A stretch of DNA of 64,000 nucleotides from Thermoproteota archaeon (GTDB taxonomy: Archaea; Korarchaeota; Korarchaeia; Korarchaeales; JAOZGB01). The stretch spans positions 77,489-141,488 of the forward strand of contig JAVCBU010000011.1 of NCBI GenBank assembly GCA_037917685.1, in the 5' to 3' direction. Both the position numbers and the translations under genes were made by a program. This document shows positions 53,581-63,903 of the stretch, one piece after another; the first letter of the stretch is position 1; every line of letters begins with the position of its first letter. The notes below the pieces were generated by a model. The model worked only from the letters and a program-made list of their open reading frames with translations. It made no database searches and had not been told where the DNA came from.

Positions 53581-53816
53581 AGGTTCCGCTAGCCTTCGTT
53601 CCGGAGGGTGAAGAGGCGGTTGTAGTTGAGGTCCTCGGCGGCAAAGGGCTGGCAAGAAGGCTTTATGAGCTGGGATTAATGCCTGGGACGAAGGTTAAGG
53701 TTCTCACGTCGTGTTCCCCGGGCCCTCTGCTGATAGATATCAGAGGGTCAAGAATAGCATTAGGGAGGGGGGTTACGATGAAAATCATGGTGAACCCAGG
53801 TGAGAAGTATGATTAG
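53577..53816 (+). CDS. feoA: Second FeoA protein
   Basis: RRLYELGL, GP and RIALGRG; ATGA overlap with the first feoA. Confidence 0.88.
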   Translation: MKVPLAFVPEGEEAVVVEVLGGKGLARRLYELGLMPGTKVKVLTSCSPGPLLIDIRGSRIALGRGVTMKIMVNPGEKYD

Positions 53817-54522
53817 AGTAGCTCTCATAGGTAACCCAAACGTTGGGAAGAGCTTAATCTTCAACAATCTGACTGGTGGGAAAGCCCACGTAGGAAACTG
53901 GCCAGGGAAAACGGTTGAGAAGAAGGTTGGAAAATGCATTCACAGAGGGGTTGAGATTGAGATAGTCGACCTCCCCGGAACTTACAGCCTAACTGCAAAC
54001 TCGATAGATGAGCTGATCGCAAGGGATTACATAATTAAGGAGAAACCCGACGTTGTGGTCGACATAGTTGATGCCTCAAACCTCGAGAGAAACCTCTACC
54101 TAACCCTCCAGCTGCTGGAGCTTGAAGCAAACGTCGTAATAGCGCTTAATAAGTTTGATATATCCCGGGATATGGGTTTGGAGATTGACTGTGCCAAGCT
54201 CTCGGATCTTCTAGGTGTCCCAGTGGTCCCGACTGTTGCGACAACCATGGAGGGGATGGAAAAACTGAAAGATGTCATTGTGAGAGCAGCCATGGGGAAG
54301 AAAAAGGCGAGGCCAGTTAAGCTTAGCTACGGCAGTAAGATAGATGAGCTCATAGGTAGAATCGAGGAAATAGTGGTAAGGGATGAGAACCTTGCTAAGA
54401 TCTATCCTCCCAGATGGGTGGCGATTAAAGTGCTTGAGGCTGACGAGGAGATCTTAAAAATCGTTGAGAAGAGTCCCTACAAGCGTGATATAGTAAATCT
54501 TCTCCTTAAGGTGAGAAAATGA
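53809..54522 (+). CDS. feoB: FeoB N-terminal GTPase/GDI part (split FeoB)
   Basis: GNPNVGKS, GNWPGKTVE, DLPG and NKFD. Confidence 0.9.
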   Translation: MIRVALIGNPNVGKSLIFNNLTGGKAHVGNWPGKTVEKKVGKCIHRGVEIEIVDLPGTYSLTANSIDELIARDYIIKEKPDVVVDIVDASNLERNLYLTLQLLELEANVVIALNKFDISRDMGLEIDCAKLSDLLGVPVVPTVATTMEGMEKLKDVIVRAAMGKKKARPVKLSYGSKIDELIGRIEEIVVRDENLAKIYPPRWVAIKVLEADEEILKIVEKSPYKRDIVNLLLKVRK

Positions 54523-55826
54523 GTGATAAGATAAGGGAGATCCTTGGGGAGGAAGCTGAGGTCCTGCTTGCAGAGAAAAGGTATGAGCTGATAGGCAGGA
54601 TCTTACCTCAGGTCTTAAGGGGGGAGAAGCCTCTAACAGTATCAGACCTTCTTGATAAAGCCTTCCTAAACAAGTATCTTGGGATACCAGTTTTCCTAGC
54701 CCTATGGTGGGCTCTTTTCCGCTTCACATTTGACGTCTCAGCTCCCCTCTCTGACCTTATAGACATACTTTTCGGAAAGCTGGAGGAGGCTGTCAGCGTG
54801 TACATTACCAATGAACAGCTGGCATCCCTACTGGCTGACGGCATAATTGGCGGGCTTGGCAGCGTATTAGTCTTCCTGCCGCCAATATTCTTCCTATTCT
54901 TCGGCCTCTCCATACTCGAAGACAGCGGGTACCTTGCAAGGGCAGCATTCGTCGTCGACAGAGCAATGTATAAGCTTGGGCTTCATGGAAAGTCCTTCAT
55001 ACCCATGCTGATAGGTTTTGGGTGTAATATTCCCGGCATCATGGCGACTAGGACAATAGATAGGGAGGAGGATAGGATATTAACAATTCTAGTTAATCCA
55101 CTAATGTCCTGCAGCGCCAGACTTCCGGTTTACGTCTTCATCGGAGGGGCGGTACTCGGCGGATACGCAGCTGCAGGCGTCTACTCTATGTACATACTCG
55201 GGATAGTCCTGGCAGTCCTCATGGCCCTTATTTTCAGAAGAGTAATCCCATATTTCAAGGGTAAGCCCTCCCCCTTCATCCTTGAGCTCCCCCTATACTC
55301 CATGCCAACCTTGAAAAGTACAGCGCTCCACATGTGGGAGAGGGGGGTTCTATTTCTCAAGAAGGCTGGAACAATAATCCTACTGGCTACAGTTGCGATT
55401 TGGTTCCTTTCGGTTTTTCCATGGACAGCGGTACACGTGGGGGAGGAGCCCAACATTGAAGCCTCCTATATAGGCCGGCTGGGACACGCAATAGAACCCG
55501 TCTTTCGCCCTCTAGGCTTCGACTGGAGGGGGGCAGTTGCCCTGCTCTCCGGCTTCGTCGCCAAGGAGGTTGTTGTGGACACGTTTGGAGTGCTGGGCAT
55601 CGGTGGACCCGGGGATCTCCAGCGGATCTTCACCCCGGTGACTGGTCTAGCCTTCATGGCCTTCACACTAGTCTATGTACCATGCCTTGCCACAGTAGGG
55701 GTAATCTACAGGGAAACCAACTCTTGGAAGTGGACCATTTTCTCAGTGATCTATCAGCTGATTCTCGCCTATCTCATCTCCCTCATGATAGTAGAAATAG
55801 GAGGAGTGGTAGGAGGAATAGGATAG
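54519..55826 (+). CDS. feoB: FeoB C-terminal membrane part (split FeoB)
   Basis: EDSGYLAR, GFGCNIP, MSCSARLP, PFILELP, AKEVVV and YVPC; own ATG with an AGGTGA RBS. Confidence 0.9.
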   Translation: MSDKIREILGEEAEVLLAEKRYELIGRILPQVLRGEKPLTVSDLLDKAFLNKYLGIPVFLALWWALFRFTFDVSAPLSDLIDILFGKLEEAVSVYITNEQLASLLADGIIGGLGSVLVFLPPIFFLFFGLSILEDSGYLARAAFVVDRAMYKLGLHGKSFIPMLIGFGCNIPGIMATRTIDREEDRILTILVNPLMSCSARLPVYVFIGGAVLGGYAAAGVYSMYILGIVLAVLMALIFRRVIPYFKGKPSPFILELPLYSMPTLKSTALHMWERGVLFLKKAGTIILLATVAIWFLSVFPWTAVHVGEEPNIEASYIGRLGHAIEPVFRPLGFDWRGAVALLSGFVAKEVVVDTFGVLGIGGPGDLQRIFTPVTGLAFMAFTLVYVPCLATVGVIYRETNSWKWTIFSVIYQLILAYLISLMIVEIGGVVGGIG

Positions 55827-55827
55827 G

Positions 55828-56351
55828 ATGGTGGTGAGGATGGAAAGTCGGCGTAGCATAAGTATAGCAGCATGGTATGCCGCTATACTTGGAATTATCT
55901 ATCTAATAATTGGCATGGTAGAGTTTACAGCCGGATTGTATGATCTGTTCTCACCGGGGGCTGTCGAGGGCCTACTCATCTTCCCAGCAGATGTTTTTGG
56001 GGGGTTCTCCGCCTTTGTCACGGGTGCTGCCTACACTATTGGTGGAGTATCGCTACTTGGCAGAAAGCAGGAGGCTATAGGCTTCCTCCTGGCTGCCTTC
56101 CTCCTATCCATGGTTTTTGGAGGTCTCTACCTACTCATAGTAGGCGCAGACGGTTTTGAAACGCTAATATCCCTCTGTGAGGGGGGAAATGGACATGGGA
56201 GTGGCTGGCCCCAGCCGGGACGGGAACCGGAATTTTAAGACCTGAAATATTGCTGGCTGCGGCTACGTCACCCCTTGGATATATTACACTTAAAGCAGCA
56301 AGGAAGAAGCTTGACAACAAGACTTTTAAACGGTCTCCGAAAGGCTTTTAA
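55828..56351 (+). CDS. Membrane protein downstream of feoB, probably frameshifted at a G6 run
   Basis: TM-rich ORF; adding one base at G6 (56181-56186) extends it with KWTWEW...LRPEILLAAATSPLGYITL to a stop at 56349-56351. Confidence 0.55.
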
Positions 56352-56393
56352 GTCTGGTTTCATGAGCGGCCCTATATGAGGGTTGCTTGGGCT

Positions 56394-57437
56394 TTATATT
56401 AGGCGAACTGAGGAGGCCTTGAATGATAGGTAGACGGTGCTTCCCTTGTTGAGGTTCATCTCGACAAGGGACCTTTTGCTTATTAGAACTGTAAACTCGA
56501 GCTTAGACTTCACCTTCAAACGGACAAGGGGGCCTCTATCTGATATGTTAGATACAACTCCCTTGAAGGTGTTTCTCGCGCTGGACTTTGGCCGTTCATG
56601 GTATAGTGTGATGTCTTCTGGCCTTATGCAAGCCTTTACCCGCCCCGTCTTCTGGTCTGTAGACGTTATCTCTACGCCTCCAACATTAACCAGTGTGATT
56701 CCCCCTGACTCTGAAGCATGGCCCTCGTATATGTTTTCGAAGCCTGTAAACCTAGCTATGAACTCTGTCTTCGGATTTCTAAATATTTCCCGTGGTGTTC
56801 CAGTCTGAACTACTGATCCTTGGTTCATAACGCCTATTCTGTCCGCCAGCGCTACAGCCTCTGTCTGGTCGTGGGTTACGTGGATCGTGGTTATCCTAAG
56901 CTTTTCATGTATACTTCTGAGCTCGTCCCATAGGCTTCTCCTTATTTCTTCGTCTAGCGCGCTTAAAGGCTCATCTAGGAGCAGCAGTCTAGGCCGGAGA
57001 ACTAGGGCTCTCGCAAGTGCTACCCTCTGTTTTTCGCCTCCACTTAAAGTTTTAGGATATCTATCCAGGATCCTATCTATTTTAAGCATGTCTGCCATGT
57101 CTTTTAGCCTTTCTTCAGCCTCCTCCCTTGTAATCTTCCTCAATTTAAGGCCGAAGAGAATGTTTTCCCTAGCGGTCATGTGGGGGAAGAGTGCGTAGTC
57201 CTGGAATACAATTCCAATCTTCCTCTGCTCAGGCGGTACCAGGGTTATGTTCCGGCCGTCAAGCCATATTTCCCCCTCGTCAGGCCTGTGTAGCCCAGCT
57301 ATAGTCTCAAGTAGAAGCGTCTTACCTGCCCCGGTGGGGCCTAGGATGACAAAGTACTCGCCATCATACACCTTTAGAGTTACCCTTCTAAGTTTGAATT
57401 CTCCCCAGCTCTTTGATACCTCTTTCAACTCAAGCAA
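56394..57437 (-). CDS. wtpC: Tungstate/molybdate ABC transporter ATPase
   Basis: GPTGAGKT, FQDYALFPHM and LSGGE; C-terminal SSARN TOBE domain. Confidence 0.9.
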   Translation of the reverse strand: MLELKEVSKSWGEFKLRRVTLKVYDGEYFVILGPTGAGKTLLLETIAGLHRPDEGEIWLDGRNITLVPPEQRKIGIVFQDYALFPHMTARENILFGLKLRKITREEAEERLKDMADMLKIDRILDRYPKTLSGGEKQRVALARALVLRPRLLLLDEPLSALDEEIRRSLWDELRSIHEKLRITTIHVTHDQTEAVALADRIGVMNQGSVVQTGTPREIFRNPKTEFIARFTGFENIYEGHASESGGITLVNVGGVEITSTDQKTGRVKACIRPEDITLYHERPKSSARNTFKGVVSNISDRGPLVRLKVKSKLEFTVLISKRSLVEMNLNKGSTVYLSFKASSVRLI

Positions 57438-57446
57438 GGCTTACAC

Positions 57447-58280
57447 CTATCCATATTCTATTTTCCCAAGCCTTCTTAGGGATATGAAGATACCGAGGGT
57501 TATTAGGACTAGAAGGAGCACAATAGGCCTCGCTGCATCCAGGCCTTTTGTCAGGAATGTCTCATAGACCAGGACTGGGGCTGTGTACGGTGTGTATGCT
57601 ATAACTGCCACAGCGCCGAACTCGCTAACGGCACGGGCCCACGTAAGAACTGCACCTGTGAATATGGCATGCAGAGATAAGGGTAAGTATATTTTGAAGA
57701 AAACGGTGAACATGCCTGCACCCAGAGTTCTAGCAGCTTTCTCAAGGTTTGGGTCAACCCTGAGGAATGCCTCCCTAGCAGACTTCACAAGGTATGGAAA
57801 TGACAGGAACAGCTGTGCTGCGACGATGCCTAGAAAAGTATCTAGGAAAGATATCCCGTAGGACTGCAGGATCCTACCTAATGGCTGCCTATTCCCAAGC
57901 ACTGAGACAACCATTATCCCAGCAGCAGTATGGGGAAGCAAGGTTGGAATATCGATGAGTGCATCTATAACGTCTCTCCCCGGGAAGCTGTATTTCGAGA
58001 TAAGGAAGGCAAGGGGAACCCCGAAGGTTAAAGATAAGACTGTCGTCAAGGAAGCCGTGTACACCGACATGAATATAGCGCTTAAAACATTTTTGTCAAC
58101 CACAACGTTAAAGAGCGCCCCCACCTCGGTAGTTAGGAAGACCGCAGACAGCGGGAGCACTACGAATAGTAGCGCTACTATAGAGAAGAAGCCTATAAAC
58201 ACATAAAATCCCATATTCTTTTTTAAACCATCAGTAATCCTATCCAGACCTAGAACACGAGTTACATTACCTACCTGCAT
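57447..58280 (-). CDS. wtpB: Tungstate/molybdate ABC transporter permease
   Basis: DIPTLLPHTAAG, AARTLGA and WARAVSEFGA. Confidence 0.88.
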   Translation of the reverse strand: MQVGNVTRVLGLDRITDGLKKNMGFYVFIGFFSIVALLFVVLPLSAVFLTTEVGALFNVVVDKNVLSAIFMSVYTASLTTVLSLTFGVPLAFLISKYSFPGRDVIDALIDIPTLLPHTAAGIMVVSVLGNRQPLGRILQSYGISFLDTFLGIVAAQLFLSFPYLVKSAREAFLRVDPNLEKAARTLGAGMFTVFFKIYLPLSLHAIFTGAVLTWARAVSEFGAVAVIAYTPYTAPVLVYETFLTKGLDAARPIVLLLVLITLGIFISLRRLGKIEYG

Positions 58281-58336
58281 GTCGTCAACCTCACAAACCA
58301 GGAGATGAGTAGACCTAACCGCATAAGTGTTCACTT

Positions 58337-59290
58337 CTAAGGGTTTATCTCTGTCCCTGTTACATAGGCTTTTAGCTCGTCAGGAATCTTACCCATGTCG
58401 GTTGTCAGTGCCGGAACTATCGGTGGCTGATCCAGTTCCTCGAGTATTCGCTGTCCCTCCTGTCCTAGAAGTATTTTAAGCCATTCCACCGCGGACTTCT
58501 TGTTTTCAGCATCGTTCAGAATCGTTATCCCGTAGGCTATGGGTTCCCCCCTAATAGTCTTCCCGTCTTTCAGTGTGATCTGGGCATGCGCGTAGAAGTC
58601 GGCGTATTCCAGGCTTCCAAGGTCTACCTGCGGGGGAAGGTCAACATATCTAAGGCCATGTTGCACCGCCACAGACCTGTACTCAAATGCGTAGTCTAAC
58701 TCTCCGGCTTCGAGTAAGGCTATTAGGTCTACGCTTTTATGTCTCACTATCATGTTGGAGGAGTTCCATAGGTCAACTATCTCAGGCCTCCCATAATGCT
58801 CGGCTGCCAGTTGGAGGACGAAGTAGGCACGGTAGCCGCACGGGTCTACATCTGGGTCTGCATGTCCTGTCTTGACGTCCGTCCTTGCTATTATCTCAAA
58901 CCAGTTTTCAGAGTTTATCTCATCTGCGTACTTGCTATGCTCCGTGTAGGCAAGGACCATCTCGTTCCCTGCGAATATTATAACCCAGTCCGCCTTACCT
59001 ACAGGTATAAGTTCATCCGCTATCAAGGACCAGTCGGCGGATCCGAAAATGTCTGGGTGCTTCTGCCCTCCAAGGATCAGTTTTACACACTCGCGGCTTC
59101 CGTGAGCCTCTCTTATAACTTCGACATTTGGATACTTTAACTGGAAACTCTGGCTGACCTTTTCAAAAGGTATTACAAGGCTACCCGCGTTAAGAATGTA
59201 CAGCCTCCCCTGCGATGGTTTAAAACTGTAGTAGAAGCCGCCTATGGCGCAGATGGCCAGTAGTACTATGATGAAGTGGTAGCCTTTCAA
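58337..59290 (-). CDS. wtpA: Tungstate/molybdate-binding protein
   Basis: AGSL, GS, SAD, DPDVDPCGYR, DYAFEYRSVA and PIAYGITI. Confidence 0.9.
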   Translation of the reverse strand: MKGYHFIIVLLAICAIGGFYYSFKPSQGRLYILNAGSLVIPFEKVSQSFQLKYPNVEVIREAHGSRECVKLILGGQKHPDIFGSADWSLIADELIPVGKADWVIIFAGNEMVLAYTEHSKYADEINSENWFEIIARTDVKTGHADPDVDPCGYRAYFVLQLAAEHYGRPEIVDLWNSSNMIVRHKSVDLIALLEAGELDYAFEYRSVAVQHGLRYVDLPPQVDLGSLEYADFYAHAQITLKDGKTIRGEPIAYGITILNDAENKKSAVEWLKILLGQEGQRILEELDQPPIVPALTTDMGKIPDELKAYVTGTEINP

Positions 59291-59298
59291 CCAACCAC

Positions 59299-59320
59299 CA
59301 TTATCTCAATTCAGATAACG
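59299..59320. promoter_or_regulatory. ModE-box-like palindrome between the TATA box and the wtpA start
   Basis: Minus strand reads CGTTATCT-GAATTG-AGATAATG. Confidence 0.5.
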
Positions 59321-59487
59321 AATTATTAAAAATATTATTTCACAATCTGCAAAACCTGAACCCCGCGGATCGCCCACCCCAGGCTAAAGGGCTGAAACAT
59401 GTTAAGCCCTGTTAACAACAAGTAAACCCGAAGGTTGACCAGTAGGCCATAACAGAGCCTAGAGGATAGCCCGCTAAAACGAAGGAC

Positions 59488-59730
59488 TTAGCCATGGCTG
59501 GACAAGCCAGTAATAATGTTTTGTATACTATCTGTCAGGATTACGTAGTCTCCAACACTCCTCACGTTTAAAACCGGAATCTCAAACTTCTTCTTCGATA
59601 TTTTCCCTGAGACAACTATTATATGAGTAATACGCCAGTCCTCTTCCACCTGGAAGTCCGTGACCACGCCAACCTCGCGTCCCTCGGAGTCTACTACAAT
59701 TTTACCTTTAATCTCGCTGAGAATCATCAA
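59488..59730 (-). CDS. PRC-barrel domain protein
   Basis: LSEIKGKIVVDSEGREVGVVTD...IP...VGDYVIL. Confidence 0.85.
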   Translation of the reverse strand: MMILSEIKGKIVVDSEGREVGVVTDFQVEEDWRITHIIVVSGKISKKKFEIPVLNVRSVGDYVILTDSIQNIITGLSSHG

Positions 59731-59774
59731 TAAGAGTATAGCTCTGGGAATTTTTAATCGTATCTTGCTTGATG

Positions 59775-61556
59775 TTACCGCCCAAGCAGCTGACTATACA
59801 GTCTTGTATATTCACCCTGCTTAGCGATTAGCACGCTATGCTTCCCCCTCTCTACTACTTTGCCCTGTTTAAGGACAATTATCTCATCCGCTATTCTAAC
59901 AGTGGTCGGCCTGTGTGCTATTACTATACACGTCCTTTCCCTGGCCAGCCTTGAGATTGCTTCCTGCAGCTTGTGCTCTGTAAATGGGTCGACACTGCTC
60001 ATCGCCTCGTCGATAATTATTATCTTAGGATTTCTAATCAAGGTTCTGAGAAAGCTTATAATCTGCCTCTGCCCTACAGACAGGTTCTCGCCTCCAGGTT
60101 TAACTTCTGTTTCCAAGCCGTCTGGAAGGCCTTCTATTATTTCTTTAAGGTCAAGTGCCTCAATAGCCTTTTCCACGTCTTCCCTGGTAGCTTTAGGGTT
60201 CCCTATTACAATGTTGTCCAGGATGGTTCCCCCGAAGAGGACAGGCTCCTGAGGTATCAGGGATACCTGGCTTCTAAGTGATTTGAGGGTGTACTTTCTA
60301 ACATCGACACCGTCTATTAAAACTCTGCCTCTCTGGGGATCGTATAGCCTCAATATTAGGTTTGCAATGGTGGTCTTCCCGGCGCCTGTGTGTCCTACAA
60401 GGGCTGTTATCGATTTCGGCTTTATTTCAAGGTTTAAGCCTTCAAATAGCTTGACTCCATCATAGCTGAAGTGGATGTTCTCTAGGGCTATCTCTCCCCT
60501 CAGTATTTCCCTGTCCTCAGCCCCGGGGGAATCCACCACCATAGGCTTCTCCCTGAGGAAGAGATACACCCGTTCAGCCGACGCTAGGGCTGACTGGAGT
60601 ATGTTGTAGAAGGTTGCAACCATTACTATCGGCTGGTAGAAGAGCTCCGTATAATTGTAGAATGCAATCAGGGAGCCTACGGTAAGCTCCCTCCTTGCAA
60701 CGAGAAGCCCACCGTAGAATATGATTATCGCGGTGGCAACAGCCCTAATCGTCGACAGGGAAGGGTTTATAAGCGCGGTTACCATGGCTGCCTTGAGATT
60801 CGCCCTTACGCTCTCCCTGGAAATCTTGCTGAACCTTTTATAATCAATCTTCCTTCTCTCCGTGAAAGCCTGCGAAACCCTTGCACCGTAGACAGACTGT
60901 TCCACACTACTAGTTAGAAGGCTAACTTTCTCTCTTGTTGTCCTGTAAACCTCCCTCGTTTTCCTCGCGAATATATATGTAACACCTATCAAGAAAGGCA
61001 GTACACTTAAGGCTGCCAATGTTAACCCCACATGCATCTTAGACATGATATATACAGAGCCGACTATGGTGAGCATGTTAATCATCAAATCTATATTCTC
61101 CGAGGTAACCACGTTTCCAACGGCTGAAACATCGTTTGTGATAAGGGATATTATCCTGCCAGCCTGCTGTTTCGATATGTAGGCCAAGTCCATTTCGCAG
61201 AGATGTTCGTAGGCCTTAGACCTCATCGTATAGAGAAGCTCCGAGTTTAGACGTCCAGACAGGTAGGTTCTAAACATTCTGGTAAGCCATGACAGCAGGG
61301 TTAACCCTACATATATTAGTGTGAAGTGTAGCATTTTATCTCTACTTCCAGCCACTATCCCCTCATCCACTATCATCTTCCCAATGTATGGCGTCAGCGT
61401 CATGGCCCCAATATAGACCGCTGAAAGAAAGATAAGAACCACCACTTCAAGCCTGTACGGGCTTAACAGGCCGAACATCCATTTCAGAAGGGTTACAGTT
61501 TGGGGTTTGCGCTTCCCACCCTCCAAGGAACTAATTCTCCTAAAATACCATTCCAT
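59775..61556 (-). CDS. ABC exporter, fused permease-ATPase (subunit retaining the catalytic Glu and His)
   Basis: TMD plus GHTGAGKT, LSVGQRQ, IIDEA and AHR. Confidence 0.92.
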   Translation of the reverse strand: MEWYFRRISSLEGGKRKPQTVTLLKWMFGLLSPYRLEVVVLIFLSAVYIGAMTLTPYIGKMIVDEGIVAGSRDKMLHFTLIYVGLTLLSWLTRMFRTYLSGRLNSELLYTMRSKAYEHLCEMDLAYISKQQAGRIISLITNDVSAVGNVVTSENIDLMINMLTIVGSVYIMSKMHVGLTLAALSVLPFLIGVTYIFARKTREVYRTTREKVSLLTSSVEQSVYGARVSQAFTERRKIDYKRFSKISRESVRANLKAAMVTALINPSLSTIRAVATAIIIFYGGLLVARRELTVGSLIAFYNYTELFYQPIVMVATFYNILQSALASAERVYLFLREKPMVVDSPGAEDREILRGEIALENIHFSYDGVKLFEGLNLEIKPKSITALVGHTGAGKTTIANLILRLYDPQRGRVLIDGVDVRKYTLKSLRSQVSLIPQEPVLFGGTILDNIVIGNPKATREDVEKAIEALDLKEIIEGLPDGLETEVKPGGENLSVGQRQIISFLRTLIRNPKIIIIDEAMSSVDPFTEHKLQEAISRLARERTCIVIAHRPTTVRIADEIIVLKQGKVVERGKHSVLIAKQGEYTRLYSQLLGR

Positions 61557-61562
61557 TCTAGC

Positions 61563-63305
61563 TCAGCCCTCCTGCCATTCATACTGGGACTTGTAAAGCC
61601 TTGCATATAGGCCTCCCCTTCTTAGAAGCTCGTCATGCGTTCCCTCTTCTACAACCCTGCCGTTTTCAAGCACCACTATCCGGTCGGCTAGCCTCAGCGT
61701 TGAAAGTCTCTGGGTTATAATGATCACAGTCTTATCCTCTACAAGCTTTTCTAACGCCTGGTATATCTCAGCCTCCGTTCTTAAATCCACGCTCGAAGTT
61801 GAATCGTCGAGAATGAGGATTTTCGGGTTTACAAGGAGAGCCCTAGCTATCGCCAGCCTCTGCCTCTGACCACCTGACAGTGTAACACCTCTCTCACCCA
61901 CCATTGTGTCGTATCCCTCGGGGAGAGACACGATGAACTTGTGAAGATTTGCAGCTTTAGCAACCCCCTCTATATCATCCATGTCTGCGTCGGGCTTCCC
62001 GTAGGCTATATTCTCTCTAATGGTCGCGGGGAATACAAATATGTCTTGGTGGACGATACCTATGTTCCTTCTAAGAGAATCTATCTTCACCTTCCGAATG
62101 TCTACACCATCTAATAATATCCTCCCCTCCCATGGGTCATAGAATCGTGGTATCAGCTTCACAAGGCTACTCTTCCCCGACCCCGTCTCTCCGACAACAG
62201 CAACCTTCTCGCCAGCCCTAATCTTAAGGTTTAAACCCCTCAGAACAGGCTTGCCGGGCTGGTAGCCGAATGTAACATTCTCAAAGACTATCTCACCCTT
62301 AACCCCGCCGAGAGGCCTAGCATCAGGGGACTCTTTAACCTCGGGCTCCCTATCCAAAACTTCGAATACCTTGCCAGCTGAAATTCTACACCTCTGCATC
62401 CTATCCATGATGAATCCAAGCATCACCAAAGGCCAAAGCATCATGTTTATGTATGATGTAAGGGCGGCGATGTCGCCGATGGTCAACTCCCCGGATAAAA
62501 CCCTAAGGCCACCATACCAGTAGGAAGCAGCAACCCCCAATCCCAGCAGCAGCGACAGCGAAGGCCACGTTAACGCTGAAAAACCTGCAACCTTCACACC
62601 CAACCCCAGAATTTTCCTGTTCAGGCCGTCGAAAATTCCATTGAAAACATGCTTAAGACCAAGAGCTTTCACGACCTTAAATCCAGAGACAGTCTCCTGT
62701 ATCCTCGTGTTTAAACTACTATAGGCATCCCACCTTTCAAGGTACAGTGGCCTTACAACTCTAAGGTAAATCCACGTAGCTACAGATACAGCAAGGGCGA
62801 AGATGGCTATTATTGGAGATAGAGACCATGCAATGCTGTGCACCATGAGCGCTGCGAACAAGATGGTTGTAACAGCTCCAACCATGTTGGTCAGTCCAAC
62901 GCTAAGGAGTCGGTCAATGTTATCCATATCTTGTAAAAGCCGGTTAATAATCTGCCCGACCTCCACCTGGTCGTAAAAGCTATAAGACAGGCTCTGAAGA
63001 TGCCTGTACAAGTCAAGCCTAAGCCTGTGGATGACGTTCTGGCCGAATGTTCTCGCCATGTATACAGACAAAAACCTTAGAAAACCTGATGCCATCGTTA
63101 AAGCCACTATTAAAGCAGCAAAGAAGAGCAGGTTTGAAGGAACCCCCTGGAAAACCTGGTTTATAACATTCCTGGTAATATAGGGAACATATATGGATGC
63201 AACCGAAGAACAGGCTATAAGCCCTAGAGCCAAAGCTAGATAACCTTTGAAAGCTAACGCATATCTGAAAATTCGAAGTAATGGTTCATCTCTCAAATTC
63301 CACAT
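61563..63305 (-). CDS. ABC exporter, fused permease-ATPase (degenerate-site subunit of a heterodimer)
   Basis: TMD plus GETGSGKS and LSGGQ; Walker B ILDDS and Gln in place of the switch His (ITQR). Confidence 0.92.
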   Translation of the reverse strand: MWNLRDEPLLRIFRYALAFKGYLALALGLIACSSVASIYVPYITRNVINQVFQGVPSNLLFFAALIVALTMASGFLRFLSVYMARTFGQNVIHRLRLDLYRHLQSLSYSFYDQVEVGQIINRLLQDMDNIDRLLSVGLTNMVGAVTTILFAALMVHSIAWSLSPIIAIFALAVSVATWIYLRVVRPLYLERWDAYSSLNTRIQETVSGFKVVKALGLKHVFNGIFDGLNRKILGLGVKVAGFSALTWPSLSLLLGLGVAASYWYGGLRVLSGELTIGDIAALTSYINMMLWPLVMLGFIMDRMQRCRISAGKVFEVLDREPEVKESPDARPLGGVKGEIVFENVTFGYQPGKPVLRGLNLKIRAGEKVAVVGETGSGKSSLVKLIPRFYDPWEGRILLDGVDIRKVKIDSLRRNIGIVHQDIFVFPATIRENIAYGKPDADMDDIEGVAKAANLHKFIVSLPEGYDTMVGERGVTLSGGQRQRLAIARALLVNPKILILDDSTSSVDLRTEAEIYQALEKLVEDKTVIIITQRLSTLRLADRIVVLENGRVVEEGTHDELLRRGGLYARLYKSQYEWQEG

Positions 63306-63339
63306 CTAACGGCTCCCTGCTTCCTAATAATTCTTAAGT

Positions 63340-63870
63340 CTTTTTCCAAAAATAAAAATTGTGGATCTTTCAGCAAGAAGGATTGAAGAATGCAATTAAA
63401 GTGCTTTATTTATTTTTCAAAAAAGATCAAGCAAATAAGTCAAACTTTTATCAAAGATATGTATTAAATGGTTTAGATGAAGATTTAGAAAAGGACTTAG
63501 ACATAAAATTGAAAAGAAAAATTATTGAAAAGAAAAATTTCAGAAGGATATGGAAAACACATCACTATTTACCTTTACTTCTATCTACCCGTGAGAAAAT
63601 TGACTATATAAAACATATAATAAAAACCAAAAGCGAAGTAAAATCCATAGAAGATTTAGAGCGTTTTCTTGAAGAAAATGGAAAGTTAGATGTTGATTGG
63701 TGGTTGTTTAGCAAGATAGATGAATATTTAGATGAAGTTTTCATACCATATTATGATCCTGAAACAAACTTCGCAAATTTAAACCAGACTTCATATTTTG
63801 GTTTTCTAATGGGAAAGAATATTTTATCGTATTTGTGGATCCCAAAGGAATTAAACATACAGAGTTTGAG
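63340..63870 (+). pseudogene. C-terminal remnant of a type III restriction (Res) subunit
   Basis: AT-rich; WWLFSKIDE..IPY, then after a frameshift near 63770 RKFKPDFIFW...FVDPKG (PD...DxK nuclease motif); no helicase part. Confidence 0.65.
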
Positions 63871-63903
63871 CTATACCCAGCCATGCTATACCCAGCCATG
63901 CTA
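63870..63903 (+). repeat. 15-bp perfect tandem duplication
   Basis: GCTATACCCAGCCAT twice plus GCTA, at the edge of the AT-rich remnant. Confidence 0.9.

Noticed and set aside
59345-59487. Hairpins (e.g. AGGGCT...AGCCCT) as a Moco/tungsten riboswitch
   Set aside because: They lie upstream of the apparent wtpA TATA box and do not match a motif I can recognise.
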